NCBI RefSeq assembly: GCF_001194135.2
Contig: NC_068995.1
Location: 44,098,669-44,162,668, forward strand
Source of the DNA: Octopus bimaculoides
Taxonomy: Eukaryota
Length of the DNA: 64,000 bases
Reading direction: 5' to 3'
The notes beneath the pieces are model-generated. The model did no database searches. It was not told where the DNA came from and saw nothing but the letters and a program-made list of their open reading frames with translations. Made by a program: the position numbers and the translations under genes. Positions 1 through 11,944 of this stretch are shown here, in pieces. Every line of letters begins with the position of its first letter. The first letter of the stretch is position 1.

Positions 1-120
1 ATAGTCTGCTGGTCGAGGCGGTTCATTTTATACTCTTATAGGTATATTGACCCTCCATAAATCCTAAATTTTATTTTAGAATTCATGGGAGCAGCTGTCG
101 TTGAATACTGGAAATGAAGA

Positions 121-300
121 GTAAATAGACAGCCGACAACTCATGGAGGGTCCTTTCTCTGAGCTTACTTGTCCTGTTTTCCATTTTTTTCTCGTACTTT
201 CACGTACTTCCTTCGCTTTTCCCTCGTTTGTTTGCGTATTTCATGTTATTTGCACTGTTGGTGACGTCATGTACTCATATATGCATGTGTATATATAAAT
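121..300. repeat. Single-arm copy of the repeat family that forms the fold-back at 55641-55899
   Basis: gacagccgacaactcatggaggg...ttgtcctgttttccattt resembles the arm aacagccgacaaccgatgaagggtcg...ttgttttccattt near 55787-55845. Confidence 0.55.
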
Positions 301-564
301 ATACTTATATATATATATATATATACAAGAATAAGGGCAGGGAATCGTCTCTAAGTTAGATGGTTAAACCGTAATCCCTTCACACGGGACTTTTTTTCAT
401 ACGGGACTATTTGTGACGCACATGGAATGGATTTCTTTTGAGGTGGGATGCCTGAACTCACTAGCCGATGAATTCGTAAGTGCCTTTTCTTCTCGTTGGT
501 TTTTGGTGTCGCATGGCCAGAAATTACCGTGAATTTTTAGAGACACTTTCAAATTTATCAGAAT

Positions 565-622
565 ATTGGGCTGAAGAGTCGGAATAGATTAATATCTTAA
601 CCGCGAAACGTTCGTATCCAAT
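565..622 (+). ncRNA. Type I hammerhead ribozyme motif, canonical core
   Basis: attggg-CTGAAGA(571-577)-stem II g(t)cgg...ccgc-GAAA(605-608)-C gttc-GTA(614-616)-tccaat. Stem I attggg/tccaat gives 6 bp with one G.U; short helix III AC/GT. Confidence 0.75.
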
Positions 623-2670
623 TANNNNNNNNNNNNNNNNNNNNNNNNNNNNNNNNNNNNNNNNNNNNNNNNNNNNNNNNNNNNNNNNNNNNNNNNNNNN
701 NNNNNNNNNNNNNNNNNNNNNNNNNNNNNNNNNNNNNNNNNNNNNNNNNNNNNNNNNNNNNNNNNNNNNNNNNNNNNNNNNNNNNNNNNNNNNNNNNNNN
801 NNNNNNNNNNNNNNNNNNNNNNNNNNNNNNNNNNNNNNNNNNNNNNNNNNNNNNNNNNNNNNNNNNNNNNNNNNNNNNNNNNNNNNNNNNNNNNNNNNNN
901 NNNNNNNNNNNNNNNNNNNNNNNNNNNNNNNNNNNNNNNNNNNNNNNNNNNNNNNNNNNNNNNNNNNNNNNNNNNNNNNNNNNNNNNNNNNNNNNNNNNN
1001 NNNNNNNNNNNNNNNNNNNNNNNNNNNNNNNNNNNNNNNNNNNNNNNNNNNNNNNNNNNNNNNNNNNNNNNNNNNNNNNNNNNNNNNNNNNNNNNNNNNN
1101 NNNNNNNNNNNNNNNNNNNNNNNNNNNNNNNNNNNNNNNNNNNNNNNNNNNNNNNNNNNNNNNNNNNNNNNNNNNNNNNNNNNNNNNNNNNNNNNNNNNN
1201 NNNNNNNNNNNNNNNNNNNNNNNNNNNNNNNNNNNNNNNNNNNNNNNNNNNNNNNNNNNNNNNNNNNNNNNNNNNNNNNNNNNNNNNNNNNNNNNNNNNN
1301 NNNNNNNNNNNNNNNNNNNNNNNNNNNNNNNNNNNNNNNNNNNNNNNNNNNNNNNNNNNNNNNNNNNNNNNNNNNNNNNNNNNNNNNNNNNNNNNNNNNN
1401 NNNNNNNNNNNNNNNNNNNNNNNNNNNNNNNNNNNNNNNNNNNNNNNNNNNNNNNNNNNNNNNNNNNNNNNNNNNNNNNNNNNNNNNNNNNNNNNNNNNN
1501 NNNNNNNNNNNNNNNNNNNNNNNNNNNNNNNNNNNNNNNNNNNNNNNNNNNNNNNNNNNNNNNNNNNNNNNNNNNNATATATATATATATATATATATAG
1601 TTGTTTTCAGTTTTATGACGCTTTATTGATACTTTATGGGGGCCTAAAACCAAAATATACGCAGCTTTGAACACCATTAAATGTGCAAGATAGCAATATG
1701 GGAATCTAACGTGGTTAAGATATTGAGACATTATTCCTGTGGCAACCTGGCGTGTAACTAAATTACAAGTTGTATTCTATTATATTTTATTGTATATTAT
1801 ATATTACATTGTCCATACACTTATGTCCACCCTGCTGTTATCACAGAGTTCTTTCGTAATAATAAAGGCATTAAACCAGGATGTTGCTACATAGTCAGGT
1901 ACATGTAATGTATTATACACACTTGATAAACCCACCGCCACCAGATACACATACATACAGGAACATTTCCCTGTTTTATCTGCGCGCGCAGAAACACACA
2001 CATACACTCAAGCAGAGCACACATACACACATACAGCACACATACACACATACAGCACACATACACACACAAACACACACACACACTGAATGTAATCTGA
2101 ATGAAATCTGCTGATGTTCAGCTTCAGCGGCAATTAGTCTAAAATCGGGTTCATTTACGGGGAATTATGAATAATGAATAATCTAAGGCTTCAGACAGTC
2201 ACCTTTGCGTATGAAAAGTAATAAAATGTCTTATTTTATTGAAGTCAAGTCAATGAAATGAAATAAGCGGAGGAGTTCTATCGGAGAGGAGGGAGAAGTC
2301 GAGAGAGAGAGAGAGAAAGAGATGCGGTGTGAGAGGGCCAGCGAGGAGAACGAAACGAACAGGTAACTACCTTCTTCTTCCTTCTTGCTTCTCTCTAACC
2401 CTATCATCCTTTTCTCTTTTGATTTTCCCATTCTTATTCCCTTTCGGCCCCATATCACTCCTTCATTTCGATTTCTTCTTACATACTTACCTGCAACATT
2501 ATATTTCTCTATCTTTCTATCTTTAAAACTCAAAAGCCCCTCTACGTTAGATTCTTCATTTCTCACAGCAACTGAGTTTATCAAACTCTTCCATATTGAT
2601 TATCACATACATTTGTATCCATCTGTGCCATACCCGCTGACCGACAGTCACGACCTGGTAAAACTTAAAA

Positions 2671-2946
2671 CAGTAGTTCCCAAACTTTTTCGGGCTGCCG
2701 CCCCCTTGGCACGCTGGGGTCCCACCACCATTTGCCACCACAAACGTAGACCACCTTCTGCGCAAATTTAAAACAACTGTATTTCACAAATAAAACTTAA
2801 CCTAATTAACCCATTATTGGGATTTTTTTACATCCGTTGTCCTCTTTTGGCCACCCTATTATCGCTTTACTTTTCTTCAACTTCCTCCACCCTGAATCCT
2901 TCGACAGTCCCTAAGAGCGTAGTACCGCCCAATTTAGGAACCACTC
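2671..2946. mobile_element. hAT (Charlie-like) non-autonomous element / MITE
   Basis: Imperfect TIRs cagtagttcccaaa / tttaggaaccactc, flanked by an 8-bp TSD acttaaaa (2663-2670) / tcttaaaa (2947-2954). Confidence 0.75.
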
Positions 2947-3061
2947 TCTTAAAACATATCCACTAATAACAGAAACAATTACAGAATGAAATCCTAGTCG
3001 ACATTATTGTCATTCTTTTATTTTACTAATTCTGCCATTTTTAACTAATCCAAAATTTAAT

Positions 3062-3280
3062 ATTAGTTTCAAATTTTAGCACAAGGCCAGCAAGATCGGA
3101 GAGGGAGCTAGTCGATTAGATCGACTCCAGGGCTCAACTGTTATTTATGTTATCGACCCCCACTCGGAAGAAAGGCAAAGTCGACCCTTGTGGAATTTGA
3201 ACTCAGAAGGTAAAGCCGGATGATATGTCGTTGAACTTTTTGACCGGCACAGTAGAAATTCTGCCAGCTCGCCGCCCTTA
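3062..3280 (-). mobile_element. tRNA-derived SINE, family B
   Basis: Minus strand starts ggcggcgagctggcagaa, with a B-box-like gagttcaaattcc and a ...ccttgtgctaaaatttgaaac tail. TSD taatccaa(a/g)atttaat at 3046 and 3279. Confidence 0.85.
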
Positions 3281-3459
3281 ATCCAAGATTTAATTCTGAT
3301 TTCAAATTTTGGCAAGGCCAGCAAGTTTCGATGATGATATAACTAAAGCCAACTTTTAGATATTACCCTTAACTTACATAATGACTCGCATTTCCCATAC
3401 CATAAACCCTCAACTAATTCAAAATATATTAGTGCGACCGCACTAGTAGTGGTGGCGCG

Positions 3460-3630
3460 ATAATAAGGACCCAAGATACACAGTAGAGTGGCTGGTGTCA
3501 GGAAGAGCATCAAGCCGTAGAAATCTTACCAAAACAGACGTTAGAGCACGGTGCAGTCCTCGGATTTTGTCAAAACCTCAAGGCCAAACCAGCATAAGAC
3601 GTGAACGTTAAAAGATGATGATGATGATGG
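3460..3630 (+). mobile_element. 3' half of a SINE with (GAT)n tail
   Basis: caggaagagcatcaagccgtagaaa...cagcataagacgtgaacgttaaaagatgatgatgatgatg. Confidence 0.55.
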
Positions 3631-4649
3631 CATTACTTAAGACACTCTCTTGGAATTCCGTGATGATACATTCTTCGCAACAATATTCATTATTGTAATT
3701 CTAGCATCTTGATGTTCTTCAGTAAGATATTCGACTGCAATAGCAATACCAGCCAGTAAACTGTACACCATAGCAAGAACATGTGTTTACAACGTATCCT
3801 ATCAAGGGCATTACAGGTTAATCTCACTTGAGTTGTTTCACTGAAGATGCGGTTCTAAATGATCGTTAAAATACCAAAATTCTCCCAAATTAAGTACCAA
3901 TTTCCGTAATTCCAGAACATTTACATTTCAGAGTCACATGTGTTCCAGCATTAATTTAACTAAGAAACGCATTTCGTTTCTTCTAATTTTTACTAAATTA
4001 AATTAACTCGAAGTTGCATGGTGCTAAACAATTGAATCAACTCGAAGTTAGATGGTGTCAACATCTTACAGATTTACTGTTCATCAGTTGTATTGATTGT
4101 TATCTCTCTAATCAATATCTTTTAGCAGTAACTATCTAGTGTATATCTACAAGCTTCCTTTCTCTGTATCTACCGATTGTGTTGTTTGTATGCGTGACAA
4201 GTTAACCTCTGTCTACCGTCAATAAAATACTGTATATCTACAGACAGTTTATAAATAGGAGATATATAAATATCTCCCGGTTGAATTTAACTTTTCAAAT
4301 CTGCAGACTGTATTTATCTAATGAACATTTAAAATTTCTGTTAAGAAAACATTTAATCAATATCTGGAATAAGTATAGTTTAGCTTACTTTAGCTGACAA
4401 TTTCTATAAATAGCAATTCTATGACGACTTCCAACATGTGAAAATGGATATGTATATATTGTTATATATTGGAGATTGTAAGCTATATAAATATCTGGAT
4501 ATCTGCCTACGTTATGAAGATGAAGGCTAATCCTGTGAGAAGGTGGTATTTATGATGCAGGATCTGCCACCAAGAAGACATAGTAAGGCCAACGACCTTT
4601 TGACTCGGATGATCCGCGAAAAAAGTACGGTTATGTATATATATATATT

Positions 4650-4909
4650 TTTCTTTTACTTCTTTGACTCATTTGAGCGCGGCCATGCTGGAGCACCGCC
4701 TTTAGTCGAGTAAATCGATCCCAAGACTTATTATTTATAAGCCAAGTACTTATTCTATCGTTCTCTTTTACCAAACTGCTAAATTACGGGGACAAAATCA
4801 AGCAAACATCGGTTATCAAGCGATGGTGGGGGGACAAACACAGTTACACAAATACATACATACATACATACACACATACATACATATATGCATGCACGCA
4901 TACATACAT

Positions 4910-4943
<34 letters not shown>

Positions 4944-5330
4944 CATATACATATATATATATTTGTTTCAGTCATTTGGCTGCGGCCATACTGGAGCACC
5001 GCCTTTAGTCGAGCAAATCGAGCCCAGGACTTATTCTTCATAAGCCTAGTACTTATTCTATCTTTTGCCCATTCGCTAAGTTACGGGGACGTAAACACAC
5101 CAGCATCGGTTGTCAATCGATAGTGTGGGGGACAAACACAGACACACAAGCATACACACATACACACACATACACACACATACATACACACACACACACA
5201 TACACACACACACACAAACGCATATATATATTTATATATATATACGACGAGCTTTCCGTATCCACCGACCAAATCCACTCACAAAGCATTGGTTGGCCCG
5301 AGGTTATAGTAGAAGACAAAATATAGTAGA
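4650..5330 (-). mobile_element. Two adjacent partial copies of SINE family A (tRNA head, CORE-like segment, internal microsatellite)
   Basis: gcggccatgctggagcaccgcctttagtcgag... occurs at about 4679 and again at about 4982. The internal (TACA)/(CA) tracts match the more complete copies at 24300 and 45862. Confidence 0.85.
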
Positions 5331-5524
5331 AGGCAAAATAGACAAAATGTAAATGTTCATCCATCAGAACATACCTCATCCACAAAGAGCTTATGCTAAT
5401 TAATCAAACCGTAATTTCTTTTTTATAAACTGAAGCTGACAAGTAAGAAAATCTCCCACACGAAATAGCCCCTTAGAAATGAATAAGAAAACACTATTTA
5501 TAATCCTTATTTATTAATCAAAAT

Positions 5525-6500
5525 AGATTGCATTAGATTCAACAACTTTTTCCCCAATATATTGGGGGAAACTTTATTTTCTTCCTGCGAGAGAATCGTC
5601 TTTTGAAGCTATAAATCGTTCAAATGCTGTTATCAGTGCTTTCATACGTTTTGTAATGGTTGAAAAGTTCAAGATAGCAAGATAATAATAGTTTGTCGGC
5701 GGTAAGTCTGGAGATGGTGGATAACGATCTAATATTTCATAATTAAGCTACTGTAGCTTTGCTTTGGTCTGATTTTCGATGGTGAGAGTCTGCCATAGTC
5801 ATGCTTGTTTATACTTGATCTTTCCTGCCTAATTTAGAATTCATTTCCTCGCTTTGCTGACAGAAGGAGTGAGATGTTAATGTCTCTCTTGGCTACAGAA
5901 ACGAATAATGGATGATTCCTCGACAGTACCACGAAGCAGTAACCATAAACTTTGCGGAATGTAAAAAGAGTGAAAAGTGTTCAGGTGGCTCTTCAGCATC
6001 TAGCTATTGGAAAGATCTTTTGTTGCTGTCATGTAGGACTCATTTTTCATAACAAGTCCCCGTTCATTTCGCGCAAAAAGAAAAGAGCAAACTCTTAAAA
6101 CGACGTATTTCGTTTGTAGCGTTAATTCATGTGGAACAAATTTATCCATCTTTTTTCTCACTTTACCGCGATCGTTGCAAGATGATATCCTACAGATGAT
6201 TTCGAAATTTTTAACTTATTGAGAAGAGCTCGAACAGTAATCCTAAGATTAGCCTCCACTGTGTATTTCAATATTTCATTATTGACCACTGTTGGACGGC
6301 GTCCACAGGGTTAATTTTTCAGACACACGCCTCCAGACCGAAATTTCTTGAACCATATTTTTCTTGTTATTGCTGCGCAACTTCCCACCTCAAATGAACC
6401 ATTGACGTTCTTAACAACTTGAGATGCATTTTCACCGGGTTTAAACACATATAAAAACAAGCGTCTGATTTCTTTTCCAGATAGTATCTGCAAAAGCGAA
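5525..6500 (-). mobile_element. Degenerate near full-length mariner transposase pseudogene
   Basis: Minus-strand peptides: FLYVFKPGENASQVVKNVN...WFKKFRSG (mariner HTH), GRPTVV, KFVPHELT (WVPHEL motif), RGIIHYSFL, YPPSPDLPPTNYY (YSPDLAP motif), KVVESNAIYFD*. Many stops and frameshifts. Confidence 0.85.
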
Positions 6501-6702
6501 GGAAGAACATTAAAATCAACATATGATCAACGATACATCTAGGACTTTCTAAAATTGTGAAACCGGGGAAATATTATAGAAAAATGCATAGGAAGAATTG
6601 ATGCTTGAAATTTACCAGACGTACATTCACAAAGTAAATTTTAGAAAGTAAATTCATGTGAGGCAACCTACTTTATATGTATAAATATATAGGCGCAGGA
6701 GT

Positions 6703-7172
6703 GGAGGATGGAAAAGAGGCCCTCCCTGCTAAGTCAAAGGCCTTTGTCAGGTCTATGAATGCGATGTACAGAGGCTGTTGTTGCTCTCTGCATTTCTCCT
6801 GCAGCTGCCTGAGAGAGAAGACTATATCGATGGTTGATCTGTTAGCACGGAAGGCACAGTGGAATTCTGGATAGACTCTCACAGCGAGAACTTGAAGCCT
6901 CTTCAGTACAACTCTAGCAAACAATTTGCCAGAGATACTAAGGAGAGAGATACCGCGATAGTTGTTGCCAGGTGGTTTGCCAGAGGCAACTGACTAGAGC
7001 ATTTCAATGAACTCTTCAACTGATGGTTCGTTGTCAAGTTTCTCAATGATTTGCAAGCACACAATGGCGTACAGAGCATTTTTTGTTAACTTTGTTTTCT
7101 CCGGCATACAGTTCGGAGTAGTGCTCTACCCAAAGCTTCATCTGTTGTTCTTTGTTCTAGATGATCTCACTC
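6703..7172 (-). mobile_element. RTE-clade LINE reverse transcriptase fragment
   Basis: WVEHYSELY, GKPPG, NNYRGISLLSISGKLFARVVLKRL, FRANRSTIDIVFSLRQLQEKCREQQQPLYIAFIDLTKAFD are typical RTE RT motifs. Confidence 0.92.
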
Positions 7173-7176
7173 TTGA

Positions 7177-7207
<31 letters not shown>

Positions 7208-7217
7208 NNNNNNNNNN

Positions 7218-7256
<39 letters not shown>

Positions 7257-9256
7257 ACTCATGTATACTTATGTGTGTTCGTTATGTTTATGTACCTGTA
7301 TAATAAGCTAAATATTTTTTAAATAACAAGTTAATATGCATGTGTACATATATGTGTGTGCGTGTGTACATATATATATAGAGAGACAGAGAAAGAGAGA
7401 GGGAGACAAAGAAAAAGATAATGAGAGAGAGGGAGAGAGTAATGGAAAATGGAGAATATGCATATGTATGTGCGTTTTCGTTTCTCGTTTTTGTACGTGT
7501 GTTAGTCTATATGCTAGATGTACTGATTAGTGCGATACAACCAGCTGAGAAGAGCAAAATCACATCTACAGACGCTATATGAAACTACAAAATGAGCAAC
7601 AGTATTATTTACCGCTGAGCTACAAGAAAACTAACAAGAAAAACAAATATGACAGTGGTAACAATAAACAGCATAATCACCAATAAGTACAAGAAAATAA
7701 AGAAGAAAAACAACACAAATGATATGTAGATGGGGAAAATGTTTGCTGTTGTAATAAAGATTTGTGAATACTGAAATTCTCATGAGTATTGTGATTATGC
7801 TAACAAAGAATATAAGAATTGTTTACTACTATGGAGGAGTTGATGTACTTTACATAGCCTCTGTTGAAACGTTATATTTGAAAACTTTTTTTTTTTCTGA
7901 AGCGTATTTAATCACCTGAACACAAAAGACTATTTTGTCTTTATGTGATGTCGAAGACAATACTTATATATTGCAGTCGTCACAAACAATAGCTTCGCAT
8001 GCAAATCGCTCGTGGCAAATCTCGGTCTCCCAGTGCGTTACTAGAACGTTAATTGCCACTCAGCCCCTCCTCTCCTTTTGTATCGAAGTAAAATTAAAAG
8101 GAATTGTGGGTAAAAAATGCTTGCGTATTTTACTTGTATGGCATATAACCATGTCACTTGGATCACTGATTGAACAAAAATAGTTTCCGCTCCCTATTTC
8201 ATAGTTGAGGGGCTAGTGGTTAGATGTGGGTATACAACTATCCACTAACACAGCAAACAACAACAAACAAATGAGCGAACGAACGAATGAACACACACTC
8301 ATGTTATTCATTCGTACTGCTCTTCATAGTTTTGTTTTGTATTGTTTGAAATGTAAAATAATATCTTCTTAAATAAACATAGACGCAAGTATAACTATAA
8401 GACTAAGAACTTCACCTCATAACCTCGTACTTCGGTGTTCAATCCTACTACGTAGAGTTTTGTGTGTATTCTACTATAATCCCGAACCGACTAGTATCTT
8501 TTGAGTGAATTTGGTAGAGTGGAAACGTGTCGAAGCCCATGGACTATACATGTATATATGTATGCGCACACCTTTGTGTTTGCCTTTCCACTAACGCTTG
8601 ACGACTGTTCTTTGGTTACAGGGTTACACCCCCGGCAAATAGAGACACTGCTTCAATACGGCTACAGTCCAATGGTTAAAACTAGTAAAAGAATAAGAGA
8701 ATACCAACTGTGTCTACTTATCAAAGAGAGGTTAAGGATATATACCTTATGCTTCAAATCATACATATAGTATAAACTAACATGGTACTCGTCAAAAATG
8801 ACGAGATCTGTTTCCGACCCCTTTCTCTTTCCGATCTCTATACATCCGTAGATTTCTTTATCCAGTGTAACAAACAGAAGAAAATTAACAAACAAAAATA
8901 TATGTAAATCTGATAAAATAACTTTGTTATGTAAGTACTTTCCAACACAATAGTTTAATGTATTTGGTTATAATATTGTTCTTAGAGTCACATTTTGAAC
9001 TAAAATTCCAACTTATTTTCATGTTGTGTATTCAATATCAACGATCGGCTTCATCCTATGTTGAACTGTATTCTCTTGTCTTCTCAGTGTTATGGTTCAG
9101 GTTTGGTTTTCTGTTTCTGTATATTTATATTTCACTACAAATGCTTTAAATATATTATCATTTATTTATTGACTCAATCAGCAGATAAGATTGATGAACA
9201 GACACCTTGTACGCGTATGTGCTTCAATACAAGTGAATCTGTATAACGTGTGCGTG

Positions 9257-9302
<46 letters not shown>

Positions 9303-9971
9303 TGTGTGTGTGTTTTTACACACCTGGGTCTATAAAAATAAATACGTGTGCGTATGGAAGTGTGTTGTAATGATTAGGTTATTATATATTTATTAACTTA
9401 AACAACAGAATCAGTTAAATGAATAAATAATTAGCGCACATATGTGTAAATAAGCAAATGATTCTGTATAGACAGTGTAGAGGAGTTTAAACCTGTACAA
9501 GTGAAAATATAGAAAATGCATCTATGTAAGACTCTTCACGTAGGTATGTATATATATATATATATATATATNNNNNNNNNNNNNNNNNNNNNNNNNNNNN
9601 NNNNNNNNNNNNNNNNNNNNNNNNNNNNNNNNNNNNNNNNNNNNNNNNNNNNNNNNNNNNNNNNNNNNNNNNNNNNNNNNNNNNNNNNNNNNNNNNNNNN
9701 NNNNNNNNNNNNNNNNNNNNNNNNNNNNNNNNNNNNNNNNNNNNNNNNNNNNNNNNNNNNNNNNNNNNNNNNNNNNNNTATATATTTGAAATTTACAGAT
9801 AAACAAAAGACAAAGATAGGTGTATGAACAACAAGCAAGTGTATTAGTTTAACGCTTGGCAAAAATGAAAAAAGTCTTTCACGTTTCGAGCCTATATATA
9901 GGTTAAATAAAATGAGACAACAAAACCAAGGCTGTGTGGAATTTATAAGGAGATTTATAAAGAGAAAGGTA

Positions 9972-10019
9972 GTCTTACAGCTCTTTCTTGGATATTAGGG
10001 ATATCTCTTCATCAGAGAC
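9972..10019 (-). ncRNA. Type I hammerhead motif, slightly degenerate
   Basis: Minus strand: gtct-CTGATGA-aga gatat cccta atatc caa-GAAA-g agct-GTA-agac. Stem I gtct/agac is perfect and stem II has 5 bp; the helix III 15.2 position is mismatched (G instead of C). Confidence 0.6.
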
Positions 10020-10286
10020 GATATTCGAGAGTTAACTAGAGGGAAATGGTAGAGTTCAATATTAGGAGTTATTTTGGCAAAGGATGGATATAGGAAGCAT
10101 AAAGGGGAAAAAGAGAATAAAAATAAAAGTAAAAGTAAAAATATATGTAGGATGCTGCAGTTGCATTATCCATGGAAAGTGTGATTGTTCCTTAATAATT
10201 TTTTCTCCCTCATAGTTTTTGTATTCATTGACATTATTGATATTATTTTTATGCATTCTCTTTCTATTTCCTTAATATCGTAACCC

Positions 10287-10320
<34 letters not shown>

Positions 10321-10483
10321 TTCACCTATGGTGAAATTTACCATGGTGGAATATACCGTGGTGGAATTTACCTATGGGGTAACTTACCTGGTAGAATTTT
10401 CTGTGGTGGAATTTACCGGTCAACTGTGGTGTAGGAACAACAAACCGGTGTATTAATTTCACGCTCGGGAAAAATTGAAAAGT

Positions 10484-10519
10484 CGTTTACGTTTCGAGCA
10501 TATGCTCTTCGACACAAAG
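10484..10519 (-). ncRNA. Hammerhead-like motif of the U6-variant family
   Basis: Minus strand: cttt-GTGTCGA-a-GAGC atat GCTC-GAAAC-GTA-aacg. Confidence 0.5.
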
Positions 10520-10608
10520 GAATAAGAGGGGGAAAATGGAGAGAGAATGAAAAAAACTGAGAGAGAAAAAACACTGTAGATTTCTGCAGTCTAGCATGGC
10601 GTATGATC

Positions 10609-10643
<35 letters not shown>

Positions 10644-11865
10644 NNNNNNNNNNNNNNNNNNNNNNNNNNNNNNNNNNNNNNNNNNNNNNNNNNNNNNNNN
10701 NNNNNNNNNNNNNNNNNNNNNNNNNNNNNNNNNNNNNNNNNNNNNNNNNNNNNNNNNNNNNNNNNNNNNNNNNNNNNNNNNNNNNNNNNNNNNNNNNNNN
10801 NNNNNNNNNNNNNNNNNNNNNNNNNNNNNNNNNNNNNNNNNNNNNNNNNNNNNNNNNNNNNNNNNNNNNNNNNNNNNNNNNNNNNNNNNNNNNNNNNNNN
10901 NNNNNNNNNNNNNNNNNNNNNNNNNNNNNNNNNNNNNNNNNNNNNNNNNNNNNNNNNNNNNNNNNNNNNNNNNNNNNNNNNNNNNNNNNNNNNNNNNNNN
11001 NNNNNNNNNNNNNNNNNNNNNNNNNNNNNNNNNNNNNNNNNNNNNNNNNNNNNNNNNNNNNNNNNNNNNNNNNNNNNNNNNNNNNNNNNNNNNNNNNNNN
11101 NNNNNNNNNNNNNNNNNNNNNNNNNNNNNNNNNNNNNNNNNNNNNNNNNNNNNNNNNNNNNNNNNNNNNNNNNNNNNNNNNNNNNNNNNNNNNNNNNNNN
11201 NNNNNNNNNNNNNNNNNNNNNNNNNNNNNNNNNNNNNNNNNNNNNNNNNNNNNNNNNNNNNNNNNNNNNNNNNNNNNNNNNNNNNNNNNNNNNNNNNNNN
11301 NNNNNNNNNNNNNNNNNNNNNNNNNNNNNNNNNNNNNNNNNNNNNNNNNNNNNNNNNNNNNNNNNNNNNNNNNNNNNNNNNNNNNNNNNNNNNNNNNNNN
11401 NNNNNNNNNNNNNNNNNNNNNNNNNNNNNNNNNNNNNNNNNNNNNNNNNNNNNNNNNNNNNNNNNNNNNNNNNNNNNNNNNNNNNNNNNNNNNNNNNNNN
11501 NNNNNNNNNNATATATATATATATATATATACATATATACATATATATATACATATACGAGCATACATAAATATACATATAAACATATTTGTATAGATGT
11601 ATTTGCAAAAGTGTAGACATCCGGACAAATGTTTTAATGTATTCATGGATGAATACTCTCTATTTACTCATTTCTGTCCAAGATTTTTCTGTAAATATTG
11701 ATGTTTGAACTGAAAGAACTTATAAAACATTTGATATTTTCTGTCGGAACACATTAAGCGTTGCGCACTTAATAAAATAAAATAAAAATCTTCGAAACGA
11801 AACAAGATTAACGCACAAACACTCATGTTTATATAGATATGATATGCATACATGAACATTATCCG

Positions 11866-11944
<79 letters not shown>

